NCBI GenBank assembly: GCA_029263355.1
Contig: JAJCXQ010000686.1
Location: 177 to 64,176, forward strand
DNA: 64,000 bases
From: Acidobacteriota bacterium
GTDB lineage: Bacteria; Acidobacteriota; Thermoanaerobaculia; Multivoradales; J023
Direction: 5' to 3'
In this document: piece after piece, positions 1 to 8,554 of the stretch
Numbering within the stretch: position 1 is the first letter of the stretch
Layout of the letters: the number at the start of each line of letters is the position of its first letter
Made by a program: the position numbers and the translations under genes
Notes under the pieces: model-generated
What the model was told of the DNA's origin: nothing
The model's database searches: none
Seen by the model: only the letters and a program-made list of their open reading frames with translations

Positions 1-143
1 ACCACGCCTTTTCGAAGTTCGAAGGTCCCAGGAGTTTGGGCTGCGGCGCCGGTGACCCATAGGACGGCGAAAACGGTGCCTAGAACGGCAGCGCGTAGGC
101 CACGGGTAGCTTTTGGCTGGCCGGAGTCGATAATACGAGACAT
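1..143 (-). CDS. Hypothetical protein, 5' end only (runs off window start); N-terminus has a hydrophobic signal/TM-like segment (MSRIIDSGQPKATRGLRAAVLGTVFAVLWVTGAAAQ...)
   Basis: ATG at 143..141 preceded by GAGGAG 5-6 nt upstream on minus strand; open to window edge; not in ORF track because truncated. Confidence 0.45.
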   Translation of the reverse strand, partial: MSRIIDSGQPKATRGLRAAVLGTVFAVLWVTGAAAQTPGTFELRKGV

Positions 144-269
144 GCAGGTCTCCTCGTTGATGGAGCCGTCAATTCAGCAAGATTGAATTATACCCTTCTA
201 AACCTGTATATTCAATACATTCAGAAAGACAAGGCTGTCGTCGAGGAGAATCCGTTCGGAGGAGTAACC

Positions 270-3200
270 ATGATCCACACTTTATCGTCACGCCGCCCCT
301 CGATGTCCCTCAGGTGGGGATCAACTCTCCTGGCCACCGTTCTTCTGTCGGCAGCTCCGGGACACGCACAGCTACCGGGAAACTCCTGGAGCGGTGAGGG
401 GCCGACGCCGATCCACAACGGGCAGACCGAAGGCATCACCAACAACCCGGTGGCTGGCGCCATCAACACGGTTGCCGCACATCCGACCAACTCGGACATC
501 CTCTATGTCGGGTCGGTCAACGGCGGGATCTGGCGCACAACAAACGCCACCAGCGCGTCGCCAACTTGGACCCGCTTGACGTCCTCCGAAGCTTCACAGT
601 CCATTGGTACGATCGATTTTGATCCAACGGACGGCACCAACAACACGCTCCTCGCCGGCATCGGCCGCTTCAGCAGCTTCGCCTCGGTTGGCGGCAGCCG
701 CTCGGGGCTGCTGCGCACCACCGACGGCGTCAACTTCACCCTGATTAACGGCGGCATGGCGGGGCGCAACATCGTCGGTACGGCTGCACGCGGCACGACC
801 CTGGTTGCAGCAGTCAATATTGCGGACATTTTCAGCTGCGGCAACATCGGGGTCTGGCGATCCACCAACACTGGAGTGAGCTGGACGCAGGTCTTGGGCG
901 GCCTCGCCGACGCTCTCGCCAGCGACCCGAGCAGCACCACCACCCTCTACGCGAGCAAAGTTTTCGGTGCTGCCTGCGGCGCGGGCGTCAACGGCATCTT
1001 CAAGAGCACCGATACCGGCGCCACCTGGGCCAAGGTGAGCACAGCGGCGATGGACGCCCTGCTCAACAACAGCTCGGGCACCAACGTCGACATCGTGGTT
1101 GGCAACAGCAACAACGTCTTCGTCGCCATCGTAAATTCAGGGACCGGAGCCTACGGTGGAGTCTTCCGCTCCGGCAACGGAGGAACAACCTGGACACAGA
1201 TGGACGCTCCTGCGACCGCCGCTGGCACTCTTCACCCCGGTACTCAAGGCGGCACCCACACCTCGATCGCCGCCGACCCGACCAACTCCAACATCGTTTA
1301 TCTCGGCGGTGATCGCCAGGCCAGCCCGTTTCCCAACCCGGTCGGCGCGGTGAACTTCTCCGGCAACCTGGCACGCGGTGACGCGAGCTTAGCCCCGGGA
1401 TCCCAGTGGACGGCCCTAACCCACAGTGGCACCGCTTCGAACTCGTCGCCCCACGCCGACTCGCGCGACATGGTCTTCACGGCCGGCGGCGACCTCATCG
1501 AGACCGACGACGGCGGCATCTACCGCCGCACCTCGCCGACTTCCGCCACCGGCGACTGGTTCTCGCTCAACAACAACCTTCAGGTCACCGAACACCACGA
1601 CTCGGCCTACGACAGTCTCAACGACATCTTGATCGTCGGCAATCAGGATGTCGGGACCGCCGAGCAGACCGCCCCGCTCGGCCTGATCTGGAACCAGGTG
1701 ACCCAGGGTGACGGTGGCGACGTGATCTCCGGCCCCGGCGCCGTCGCTGGCCAAGAGGTGCGTTACTCGAGCTTTCAGAATCTGTCGTCGTTTCGCCGCC
1801 GGACGTTCAATTCCTCGAACACTCTCTTGTCGACAGTCTTTCCCGCTCTCGCCGGTGCCGCCTTCTCCCCGCAGTTCAGGACTCCTATCGCCATCAACGA
1901 GATCGCCCCCAACCGCCTGATCTTCGGCGGCGCCAACGGGGTTTTCGAGTCGCTGAACCGCGGCGATACGATCAGCCAGATCAGCAGTACAATCGTCACA
2001 GATATCTTCAACGGAGGCGGCGCCATCGCCGCGGGCGGAACCGGCAACGCCGACCTCGTCTACGTTGCTGGTGTGGCTGGCGGGACCAGCGCACTCTGGG
2101 CGCGGACGACCAGCGGCGGCGCCTTTTCGAACGTCCAAACCGCCGCCGGCGGCACAGCCATGGTCGGCGCCACCATCGATCCCGACGATGCGACCCATGG
2201 TTTCGGACTCGATTCGGCGAACGTCTACCGCACCACAAACACCGGCACAACCTTCTCCAACGTCACTGGCAACCTGCTCACGCTGAGCCCCGGCACCCTG
2301 CGCTCCATCGAATACATCAACAGCTCGTCGGGTGACGCTGTGGTCGTCGGCGCCGACCGGGGAACCTACATCGCGTCAGACAGCACCTCGTTCAGCACCT
2401 GGACAAAGTTTGGCGCGGGGATTCCGAACTCCCCCGTGTTCGAGCTCACCTACGACTCGGCAGCAGACGTTTTACTCGCGGGCACCATGGGGAGCGGCAG
2501 CTATCGGATGACGAGCCTGTCGGACACCTGCGCCGAGTCGATCGCCCTGGTCACGGGTCAGTGGAAACAGATCTCCTTAGCCTGTAATCCCGGCGGCTCC
2601 AATACTGTCGCCGATGTCTTCGGTGACGACCTCGGCGGGACCTACGACGTTGATTGGGTTGTCTTTCGGTACGACGCGTCGACCCAAACCCAGATCAAAC
2701 TGGCGACCACCGATACCCTAGCCGTCGGCGAAGGCTACTGGATCAGAACAAACCTCGGCTCACAAGTCGTCGACGTCTCGGGGACCGACAATGTGGTGAC
2801 CGACACGCCGCTCACGGGCGTCCTGGCCACCCCACCAGCGGGCTGCGCCAGCTCGGCGGGACGCTGTGGCATGGCCGGAAATCCACACGCCTACGACGTC
2901 TGCTGGGCGGACGTCCTGGTGGACGACGGCGGATTTATCAATGACTTGGCAACGGTCGATCCGGGCGGAATCTGCCAAACAACCGGCGGCGCAACGTGTG
3001 TCATGTCGCGGATCGGCCACAAGTGGACCGGCTCCGCCTACACCACTTTTGACGGCACCACCCCGGGCATGGAAGGTACCTTGGTGCCCTGGGACGCCTT
3101 CTGGATTTCGGCCAACAAGCCCGGCATCGAGCTACGCATACCGGAGACTCCAGGCGGCCCGGGCTTGCCCTGCGGACCACCCGCCAGGACTAGCGATCAA

Positions 3201-3686
3201 GGTGAAGGCTGGTTCATACGGCTGACCGCCGAGTCCGGGCAGCTGGTGGATTCCTTCAACGTTTTTGGTCAGCTTCCCGACAGCCATCGCGGGTACGATC
3301 CGCACGACCTTCAAGAGCTCGCTCCTTTTGGCACCCCGTACCTAACCGTGGTGTTCCCGCACGACAACTGGGGCGATCACGCAGGAGACTACGCATCGGA
3401 CTATCATTTGGCGCGCCCGGCGTCGCAGCCCGACGAGTGGCGATTCGACGTCCGCTCTTCGGAAACCAGTGCCGAGGTGACCTTGCGCTGGGACGGGCCA
3501 AGCTCGCGCCTCGACGGCTCGGTGCTGACCGATGTAGAGACAGGCGAACAAGTGGACGTTTCAGGCGATGGGAGCTACACCTTCGTGATGAACGGCAACA
3601 GTCGAAGTTTCCACTGGGTCTCACAGGCGGCAAGCCAGGGGCTCTTCGCGGACAGCTTCGAGTCGGGCGATACAAGCGCCTGGTAA
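270..3686 (+). CDS. Large secreted BNR/Asp-box repeat protein (~1138 aa) with C-terminal ~430-aa module shared with the 5854..8538 protein
   Basis: ATG at 270 with GGAGGAG RBS; signal peptide (RWGSTLLATVLLSAAPGHAQ); multiple S-x-D/N-x-G-x-T/S-W repeats (GGIWRTTN, STNTGVSWTQV, STDTGATWAKV, SGNGGTTWTQM, TTNTGTTFSNV); C-terminal region aligns with paralog (VDWVVFRYD.../GEGYWIRT; CVMSRIGHKWTGSAYTTFDG; FIRLTAESGQL...LTVVFPHDNW); ends ...FADSFESGDTSAW. Confidence 0.85.
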   Translation: MIHTLSSRRPSMSLRWGSTLLATVLLSAAPGHAQLPGNSWSGEGPTPIHNGQTEGITNNPVAGAINTVAAHPTNSDILYVGSVNGGIWRTTNATSASPTWTRLTSSEASQSIGTIDFDPTDGTNNTLLAGIGRFSSFASVGGSRSGLLRTTDGVNFTLINGGMAGRNIVGTAARGTTLVAAVNIADIFSCGNIGVWRSTNTGVSWTQVLGGLADALASDPSSTTTLYASKVFGAACGAGVNGIFKSTDTGATWAKVSTAAMDALLNNSSGTNVDIVVGNSNNVFVAIVNSGTGAYGGVFRSGNGGTTWTQMDAPATAAGTLHPGTQGGTHTSIAADPTNSNIVYLGGDRQASPFPNPVGAVNFSGNLARGDASLAPGSQWTALTHSGTASNSSPHADSRDMVFTAGGDLIETDDGGIYRRTSPTSATGDWFSLNNNLQVTEHHDSAYDSLNDILIVGNQDVGTAEQTAPLGLIWNQVTQGDGGDVISGPGAVAGQEVRYSSFQNLSSFRRRTFNSSNTLLSTVFPALAGAAFSPQFRTPIAINEIAPNRLIFGGANGVFESLNRGDTISQISSTIVTDIFNGGGAIAAGGTGNADLVYVAGVAGGTSALWARTTSGGAFSNVQTAAGGTAMVGATIDPDDATHGFGLDSANVYRTTNTGTTFSNVTGNLLTLSPGTLRSIEYINSSSGDAVVVGADRGTYIASDSTSFSTWTKFGAGIPNSPVFELTYDSAADVLLAGTMGSGSYRMTSLSDTCAESIALVTGQWKQISLACNPGGSNTVADVFGDDLGGTYDVDWVVFRYDASTQTQIKLATTDTLAVGEGYWIRTNLGSQVVDVSGTDNVVTDTPLTGVLATPPAGCASSAGRCGMAGNPHAYDVCWADVLVDDGGFINDLATVDPGGICQTTGGATCVMSRIGHKWTGSAYTTFDGTTPGMEGTLVPWDAFWISANKPGIELRIPETPGGPGLPCGPPARTSDQGEGWFIRLTAESGQLVDSFNVFGQLPDSHRGYDPHDLQELAPFGTPYLTVVFPHDNWGDHAGDYASDYHLARPASQPDEWRFDVRSSETSAEVTLRWDGPSSRLDGSVLTDVETGEQVDVSGDGSYTFVMNGNSRSFHWVSQAASQGLFADSFESGDTSAW

Positions 3687-3746
3687 CGGCGATACGAGCC
3701 CCTGATAGAATGGGGGCTCGACTGAGAACAGAAAACAAGGTGCGAC

Positions 3747-3914
3747 ATGGATATATTGAAATCTGATCCGGCGCTCGAGACGCCAGCAGCGGGGGAAGCG
3801 AGAGCTGCTGAGCGTCCCTCGCGCCCCTACCAGAAACCTGAACCCAAGCTTTATGGCCAAATCCGTCCCAGCTTGATCGGATCGCCGCCACCGCCGCCAG
3901 GCAAGGGTTTCTGA
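3747..3914 (+). CDS. Candidate 55-aa precursor-like peptide MDILKSDPALETPAAGEARAAERPSRPYQKPEPKLYGQIRPSLIGSPPPPPGKGF (small ORF, unannotated in ORF track)
   Basis: ATG with AAGGTG 4 nt upstream; AT-rich 5' codons in a GC-rich genome; stop 19 nt before the S24/S26-like peptidase gene on same strand; hydrophilic N-part with Y-x4-P-x-L-x-G reminiscent of RRE-binding leader motifs, Pro5 tail; adjacent to PqqD/HprK-like genes. Confidence 0.45.
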   Translation: MDILKSDPALETPAAGEARAAERPSRPYQKPEPKLYGQIRPSLIGSPPPPPGKGF

Positions 3915-3933
3915 TACGGCCCCTGCGGCCAGC

Positions 3934-4536
3934 ATGGGATTGAACATCGCCCCTAGGAACGTCGCGTTGGGGACAGCCGCCTCCGGAGAGATTGCGCAAC
4001 AGCTTCTAGCGCGGGCTTTGCGCGCCGAGAAGGCGGCTCGGCTCCAAGTTCGGGGCCGCTGCATGGAGCCCTTGATTCGCGACGGCGATTGGGTCGAGGT
4101 TCTGCCGCCCGGTGCAGCGCAACACGGCAGTATCGTCCTGGCCCGCAACAGCAGTGTCGTGTTGGCCGCAAGCGGCAGTGACGATCTGGTCTGTCACAGG
4201 GTCATTGCGCGGGACGGCGACAGCGTCTGGCTAGCCGGCGACCACTCGGTGGCGGTTGAAGAACACCTCCCAGAGAGTGTGCTCGGTAGGGTCATCAGCG
4301 TTGATCGAGGAGGCGTGGTGCAACACCTCGACGGACCGGCGGTCCGCGGTCTCGATCGACTCGAAGCCGGTTTGCACCGGCTCGCTTGGCAACATCGCGG
4401 CTCACTCGTGAGCCGCGTGCTGGAAAAGTTCCGGCGGGCGCTTCTGGAGTTGCGCGCTCAAGCCTGGGCAGCGGGCGCCAAACTAGCCAACAGAGCGGGC
4501 ACATCGTCCCGTTTCCGGCCGGCTTCCAGCCGGTAG
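3934..4536 (+). CDS. S24/S26-fold (LexA/signal-peptidase-like) peptidase homolog with Cys at the nucleophile position
   Basis: GRCMEPLIRDGDWVEV resembles SipW/Sec11-type box (SGSMEP..GD..V) with C for S; downstream LVCHRVIARDGDSVWLAGDHS resembles HRV and GDNN boxes; 3' end overlaps convergent HprK-like gene by 79 nt, so C-terminus/start uncertain. Confidence 0.6.
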   Translation: MGLNIAPRNVALGTAASGEIAQQLLARALRAEKAARLQVRGRCMEPLIRDGDWVEVLPPGAAQHGSIVLARNSSVVLAASGSDDLVCHRVIARDGDSVWLAGDHSVAVEEHLPESVLGRVISVDRGGVVQHLDGPAVRGLDRLEAGLHRLAWQHRGSLVSRVLEKFRRALLELRAQAWAAGAKLANRAGTSSRFRPASSR

Positions 4537-5336
4537 CCGGGAATCGACCGACCGAGCCTCACCAAGGCCCGGAATCGATCCCCGGCAGCGGCCCCAGAGC
4601 TCAGGAAACCGCTCTGCCCCACCAAAACGTCTACCAGATCCGGCAACATCAACGGCGAGACGACGCTGTCTTCATGGTCGACAATCTCAGGACAAACGAT
4701 CGCCTGGAGCTCGATGTTAGTGGTGGTCGGCCAGGGTACTGATCTGGTCGCCGCACCACGAGGAAAAGCCACCATGCGGGGGCCATCCTCGCCCGGAGCG
4801 AGCCACACCACATCGTCCGAGAGCACCTCGTGCCCGGCGCGGTGGACATTGCCAAAAATCGTCGACTTCCCGACGCCGCTCGGGCCGGGCAACAGGATCC
4901 CAAAACCATCAACCGCGACGCCAGCAGCGTGGATCCCGAACCAACCACGACTCGCGCCCAACTCGATGAGCATCGGCACGAGGGCCAGGCCGATGAAAAG
5001 ATCCAACTCACCATCGGAAGGGCTCTCGAGGCAGAGGCCACCCCGGCCCTCCGTCACATCACACCAGGCCAGTACCCTCGGCAGCTCGAAGAAGATTTGA
5101 TCCCCCGCTTGCCGAACAGTGAGCGGAGGCTCCTCGACGACCGTCCTCCCCCTCGGCAGCGGCGCCGCTGCTCGCGCTCCGACGCTCACCTCGACCGGTA
5201 AGCCGCTCGCCGCAACCGCACCATGGATGAAGTAGGCCAGGAACGCCTCGATACGCTGATGCAACGGCCTCGGCAGGGGGTCGAAACGAAAAACCAGACC
5301 GGATCCGATCGGGACCACCAGAGAGGCGCGGGTCAT
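4458..5336 (-). CDS. HPr kinase/phosphorylase C-terminal-domain-related P-loop protein (HprK-related kinase)
   Basis: GIHAAGVAVDGFGILLPGPSGVGKSTIFGNVHRAGHEVLSDDVVWL matches HprK C-domain (G.HA..V...G.G.L..G.SG.GKS....G..L.SDD.V); ATGA start/stop overlap with upstream PqqD-like gene. Confidence 0.8.
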   Translation of the reverse strand: MTRASLVVPIGSGLVFRFDPLPRPLHQRIEAFLAYFIHGAVAASGLPVEVSVGARAAAPLPRGRTVVEEPPLTVRQAGDQIFFELPRVLAWCDVTEGRGGLCLESPSDGELDLFIGLALVPMLIELGASRGWFGIHAAGVAVDGFGILLPGPSGVGKSTIFGNVHRAGHEVLSDDVVWLAPGEDGPRMVAFPRGAATRSVPWPTTTNIELQAIVCPEIVDHEDSVVSPLMLPDLVDVLVGQSGFLSSGAAAGDRFRALVRLGRSIPGYRLEAGRKRDDVPALLASLAPAAQA

Positions 5337-5644
5337 GGGGCGTCGACACGCTCGACCAAGCCAAGCTCATGGAGCCGGGTCACGAACTCGAGCAAATCGG
5401 AACTGGCGCGCGAAGCCTCGATGCCGAAGTGCCTGGCGACCGCTTCTCCGACAACCCGGAGCTCGGACTCACCGTCGAGACGGTCCCAGATGAAGCCCCC
5501 GGCCTCCCCCACACCGTAGTAGCTACCCGAGTCGAGATCCAGGATCAGATAGTCGCCGGGAGAGCTTTCGCCGGTTGACGCTTCGCCGCGGACAACTCGA
5601 TCCGTCAAGCTGAAGTTGGCTTCTTCGCCACCATGTGAGTGCAT
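5333..5644 (-). CDS. PqqD-family protein (RiPP recognition element-like peptide chaperone)
   Basis: 103 aa; DYLILDLDSGSYYGVGEAGGFIWDRLDG...SDLLEFVTRLHELGLVERV matches PqqD/RRE pattern (Y..LN.ta..iW.ll.g....e.......l.efl..L...GL); translationally coupled to HprK-like gene. Confidence 0.8.
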   Translation of the reverse strand: MHSHGGEEANFSLTDRVVRGEASTGESSPGDYLILDLDSGSYYGVGEAGGFIWDRLDGESELRVVGEAVARHFGIEASRASSDLLEFVTRLHELGLVERVDAP

Positions 5645-5853
5645 TGATTGGAAGGTTATCAGATCGTCTGCCTCGCACCGGCGTGCCTTGATTTCGACCA
5701 GAATTTTGCATATTCTCTAATCGAGGTAGATCTATCTGCCCAAATGTTACGGCCCACTTGGCGTGGATCCAAAATCTTCATCTAGCGGATGCGGGTCTTT
5801 ATCCAGAGTTCGAGTTCCGGGTCGATACTCATCTTATAGATGGAGGTTTTGTT

Positions 5854-8538
5854 TTGAGATTTCGCACGTTACTGATTGCAGCTTGCTTGCTGTTATCCTT
5901 TTTTGCAACGTCCGAGACCCATGCCGCGATTAGCGTCATCAACGTTTCGGTCCCGCAAGAGATTGCGCCGGGAGAATCCTTCAACGTCACCTACACCTTG
6001 AGCGGCACCAGCACGCTGGCGGTCGCCGAGTTGAGGTTCTACCTCGGCGCCTCTCCCACCAGCCGAGACTTTGGCCCTCTAAACGAGTCATTTCAACTCC
6101 CTTTGATCGGCACGTTCCCCTCGTTTGGTCCGCCAGCCGGCCCGCAGACACGGTTCATCCGGATGCCCACGTCCCTGCAGTCGTTTGGCTGTTTCCCTTC
6201 GGGCACTTGGTACTTCATCTTGCAGGTCGATAGCGGCTCACAAAATGCCGACAGCTTCCAGGTTGCACCGCTCTCGATCTCCAGCTTCACACCACAATCT
6301 GGCCCGCCCTGCACGCCAGTGACCGTCAACGGCAACAAGTTCGGTGACGTGAACGTGAACGTGAACGGCCTTTTCTTCAACGGCACTCCTGCCGTAGGAA
6401 CGTTTGTCAACGACACGACAATCACCACTAACGTGCCACCGGGCGCGACGACGGGACCCATTCAGCTCCCAAACTCATGCAGCCCCAACCCCGGCGTGTC
6501 CTCACCATCACCCTTCTTTGTGACGCCTTTCGCCAATCCGCCAGTCGTCAACAGTTTCACCCCTACCACGGCTTCGGTTGGCGCCTTTGTTCAGATCTTC
6601 GGTGAGAACTTTACAGACACCACCACTGCCGTGCTCTTCAATGGTACTCCGGCATCGCGCGTGTTCATCAATCCTCAGCTAATGGTCGCGTTTGTGCCCA
6701 ACGGTGCTACGGACGGTCCGATTACCGTGGGCTCAGTGTGCGAGGGATCCGATGTTTCGACATCCGACTTCATTGTCGACCCCCACTGTCTTTCCGCCGC
6801 CGAGTTTCTCAATGCCTCCCGCATTGACTCGGTAAGATTGGGCAATCTCGAGTATGTGAACAACGAGATGCCGAGTTGTACGTTCTACACCAACAACTCA
6901 GACCTCGTGACCCATGTCTTTCCCGGGCAGACCGGACTCCCGATCCAGATCGGACAAGGTTCTTGCGACGCCAACAACTTCAACAAGGTCACTAAGCTGT
7001 TCGTCGATTGGAATGGCGACACAGACTTCAGTGATCCTGGCGAGTTGGTGTTGACCGGACCTCCGTTTCCCAACGCGCTGCTGTCTGGCACCTTCAGTGT
7101 TCCGCCGTCGGCGGTCTTGGGCCCGGCCCGGATGCGGATTGTGACGCAGGCTGCCGCTTCGTCGGACGATGTCACCGACTGCGGCCTGTACAACTTCGGT
7201 GAAACTCAGGACTACACACTAGAAATCTCGGCGTGTGCCGGGTTCCGAGATTTGCCGGCAGGGAATTGGCACAGTATCTCCATACCTTGCGATCCCGGGC
7301 TCGAGAACACCGTGCAAGATCTCTTCGCCGACGATTTGAGCGGTGTTTATGGCATCGATTGGGCGCTTTTTACCTACGATGTGAACACCGGGCAGTCCTC
7401 GGTGATGGCTCTCGGCGATACCGTCGAGACGGGCCGGGGTTATTGGCTCAAAACTCGCGACGACGGCCAGAGTATCGGTCCTGGAGGAATCGTAAACCCG
7501 CAGGCGATCGGCATGGGTGGACAACCCAGCTCGATGACCGATATGTCCTTGGTCGCGGACCCGGCGGGCCGCTCCAATCTAGTTGGATTCCCCTACACCT
7601 TCAGTGTCGATTGGGCCGATGTGCAGGTGGTCGACGGTGGCAACGTCCTAACTCTCGATCAAGCCGATCCGGTGGTTGGGCTCGATCGCGCCTGCGATCT
7701 GGATCCACCCCACGCGAGCTGTGTCATGTCACGATTGCTCTACCGGTGGAACGGGGCGGCTTACGAGACATTCAACGGAGCGACCCCCGGCGCTGAAGGT
7801 GTGCTCAGCCCGCTGGATGGCTTGTGGGTCAAAGCGTTCAAGAGTGGTATTTCTCTGAGAATTCCCGCGGTTCCCTCGAGCCGGGATGCGGAGCGAGCGG
7901 GGGATGAAGTAGACCCGAACAGCTGGTTCATTCGGCTGATCGCAGAATCAGGAAATCTGCGGGACGCCGGCAACATCTTGGGCGAATCGGAGCAGAGCGT
8001 CGAAGGTTACGACCTCGACGACTTGGCCGAGCTGCCGCCGTTTGGGCAACCGAACCTGACCGTGGTTTTTCCACACCCGGATTGGGAGGAAAGGGCCGAC
8101 GACTATACGACGGACTTCCGCCCCTTGAATCTCGGTCTCGAGTCCGAGCCGACACTTTGGCACTTCGAGGTCCGATCCTCGGACCCCACCGCCGACGTGA
8201 CTCTGAGTTGGGAAGGATCCGGCACTCGGCTGCTCGGCTCGGAGCTGTTCGACGAGGAAACCGGCGAGCGGGTAACGATTCGCCCCGGCGCGAGCTACTC
8301 GTTCACCATGACCGGGCCGAGTCGTCACTTCGAGTGGTCGGTGCAGGGAGTGTCACCGTCGGCCGGTCAAATTTTCGCGGACGGATTCGAGTCGGGCAAT
8401 CTGGGCGCTTGGCAATCCCTGGGCTCGGGTCGATCCGCGAACACGCTGAAGGTCGAGTTCGAGAGTGACGTCCAACCACGACAACACGACTCAAAACTAG
8501 AACCGCGGAGCAGAGCGAGCGAGACGATCAGGCAGTAG
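5854..8538 (+). CDS. Large secreted protein with two IPT/TIG domains, a GEVED domain and the C-terminal module shared with 270..3686
   Basis: TTG start at 5854 with GGAGG 7 nt upstream (no in-frame ATG before signal peptide LRFRTLLIAACLLLSFFATSETHAA); IPT-like repeats (FTPQSGPPCTPVTVNGNKFG..., FTPTTASVGAFVQIFGENF...); GEVED-like motif CGLYNFGETQDYTLEI; C-terminal alignment with first protein; ends ...FADGFESGNLGAW + 48 aa. Confidence 0.8.
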   Translation: MRFRTLLIAACLLLSFFATSETHAAISVINVSVPQEIAPGESFNVTYTLSGTSTLAVAELRFYLGASPTSRDFGPLNESFQLPLIGTFPSFGPPAGPQTRFIRMPTSLQSFGCFPSGTWYFILQVDSGSQNADSFQVAPLSISSFTPQSGPPCTPVTVNGNKFGDVNVNVNGLFFNGTPAVGTFVNDTTITTNVPPGATTGPIQLPNSCSPNPGVSSPSPFFVTPFANPPVVNSFTPTTASVGAFVQIFGENFTDTTTAVLFNGTPASRVFINPQLMVAFVPNGATDGPITVGSVCEGSDVSTSDFIVDPHCLSAAEFLNASRIDSVRLGNLEYVNNEMPSCTFYTNNSDLVTHVFPGQTGLPIQIGQGSCDANNFNKVTKLFVDWNGDTDFSDPGELVLTGPPFPNALLSGTFSVPPSAVLGPARMRIVTQAAASSDDVTDCGLYNFGETQDYTLEISACAGFRDLPAGNWHSISIPCDPGLENTVQDLFADDLSGVYGIDWALFTYDVNTGQSSVMALGDTVETGRGYWLKTRDDGQSIGPGGIVNPQAIGMGGQPSSMTDMSLVADPAGRSNLVGFPYTFSVDWADVQVVDGGNVLTLDQADPVVGLDRACDLDPPHASCVMSRLLYRWNGAAYETFNGATPGAEGVLSPLDGLWVKAFKSGISLRIPAVPSSRDAERAGDEVDPNSWFIRLIAESGNLRDAGNILGESEQSVEGYDLDDLAELPPFGQPNLTVVFPHPDWEERADDYTTDFRPLNLGLESEPTLWHFEVRSSDPTADVTLSWEGSGTRLLGSELFDEETGERVTIRPGASYSFTMTGPSRHFEWSVQGVSPSAGQIFADGFESGNLGAWQSLGSGRSANTLKVEFESDVQPRQHDSKLEPRSRASETIRQ

Positions 8539-8554
8539 AGCGAACAGGCACGGT

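Noticed and set aside
1416-2198. 260-aa minus-strand ORF inside the BNR-repeat protein gene (also 503..943-, 3256..3999-, 3621..4148-)
   Set aside because: Antisense to a well-supported CDS. Arg/Gly/Ala-rich low-complexity translation typical of GC-bias artefacts.
3747-5644. Interpretation of the PqqD/HprK/precursor set as a lasso-peptide cluster
   Set aside because: No Asn-synthetase-like cyclase (C protein) or transglutaminase-like B2 protease anywhere in the 64 kb. The putative core after the leader-like motif (SPPPPPGKGF) is too short for a lasso fold and lacks an Asp/Glu for macrolactam formation.
5523-5711. 62-aa minus-strand ORF upstream of/overlapping the PqqD gene as an alternative precursor
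   Set aside because: Mostly overlaps the PqqD coding region in another frame. Highly basic Arg-rich translation typical of out-of-frame GC-rich sequence.
5758-5853. N-terminal 32-codon extension of the IPT/GEVED protein (ORF-track TTG start at 5758)
   Set aside because: A GGAGG RBS sits 7 nt before the TTG at 5854, which directly precedes the signal peptide. The upstream extension is not signal-like.
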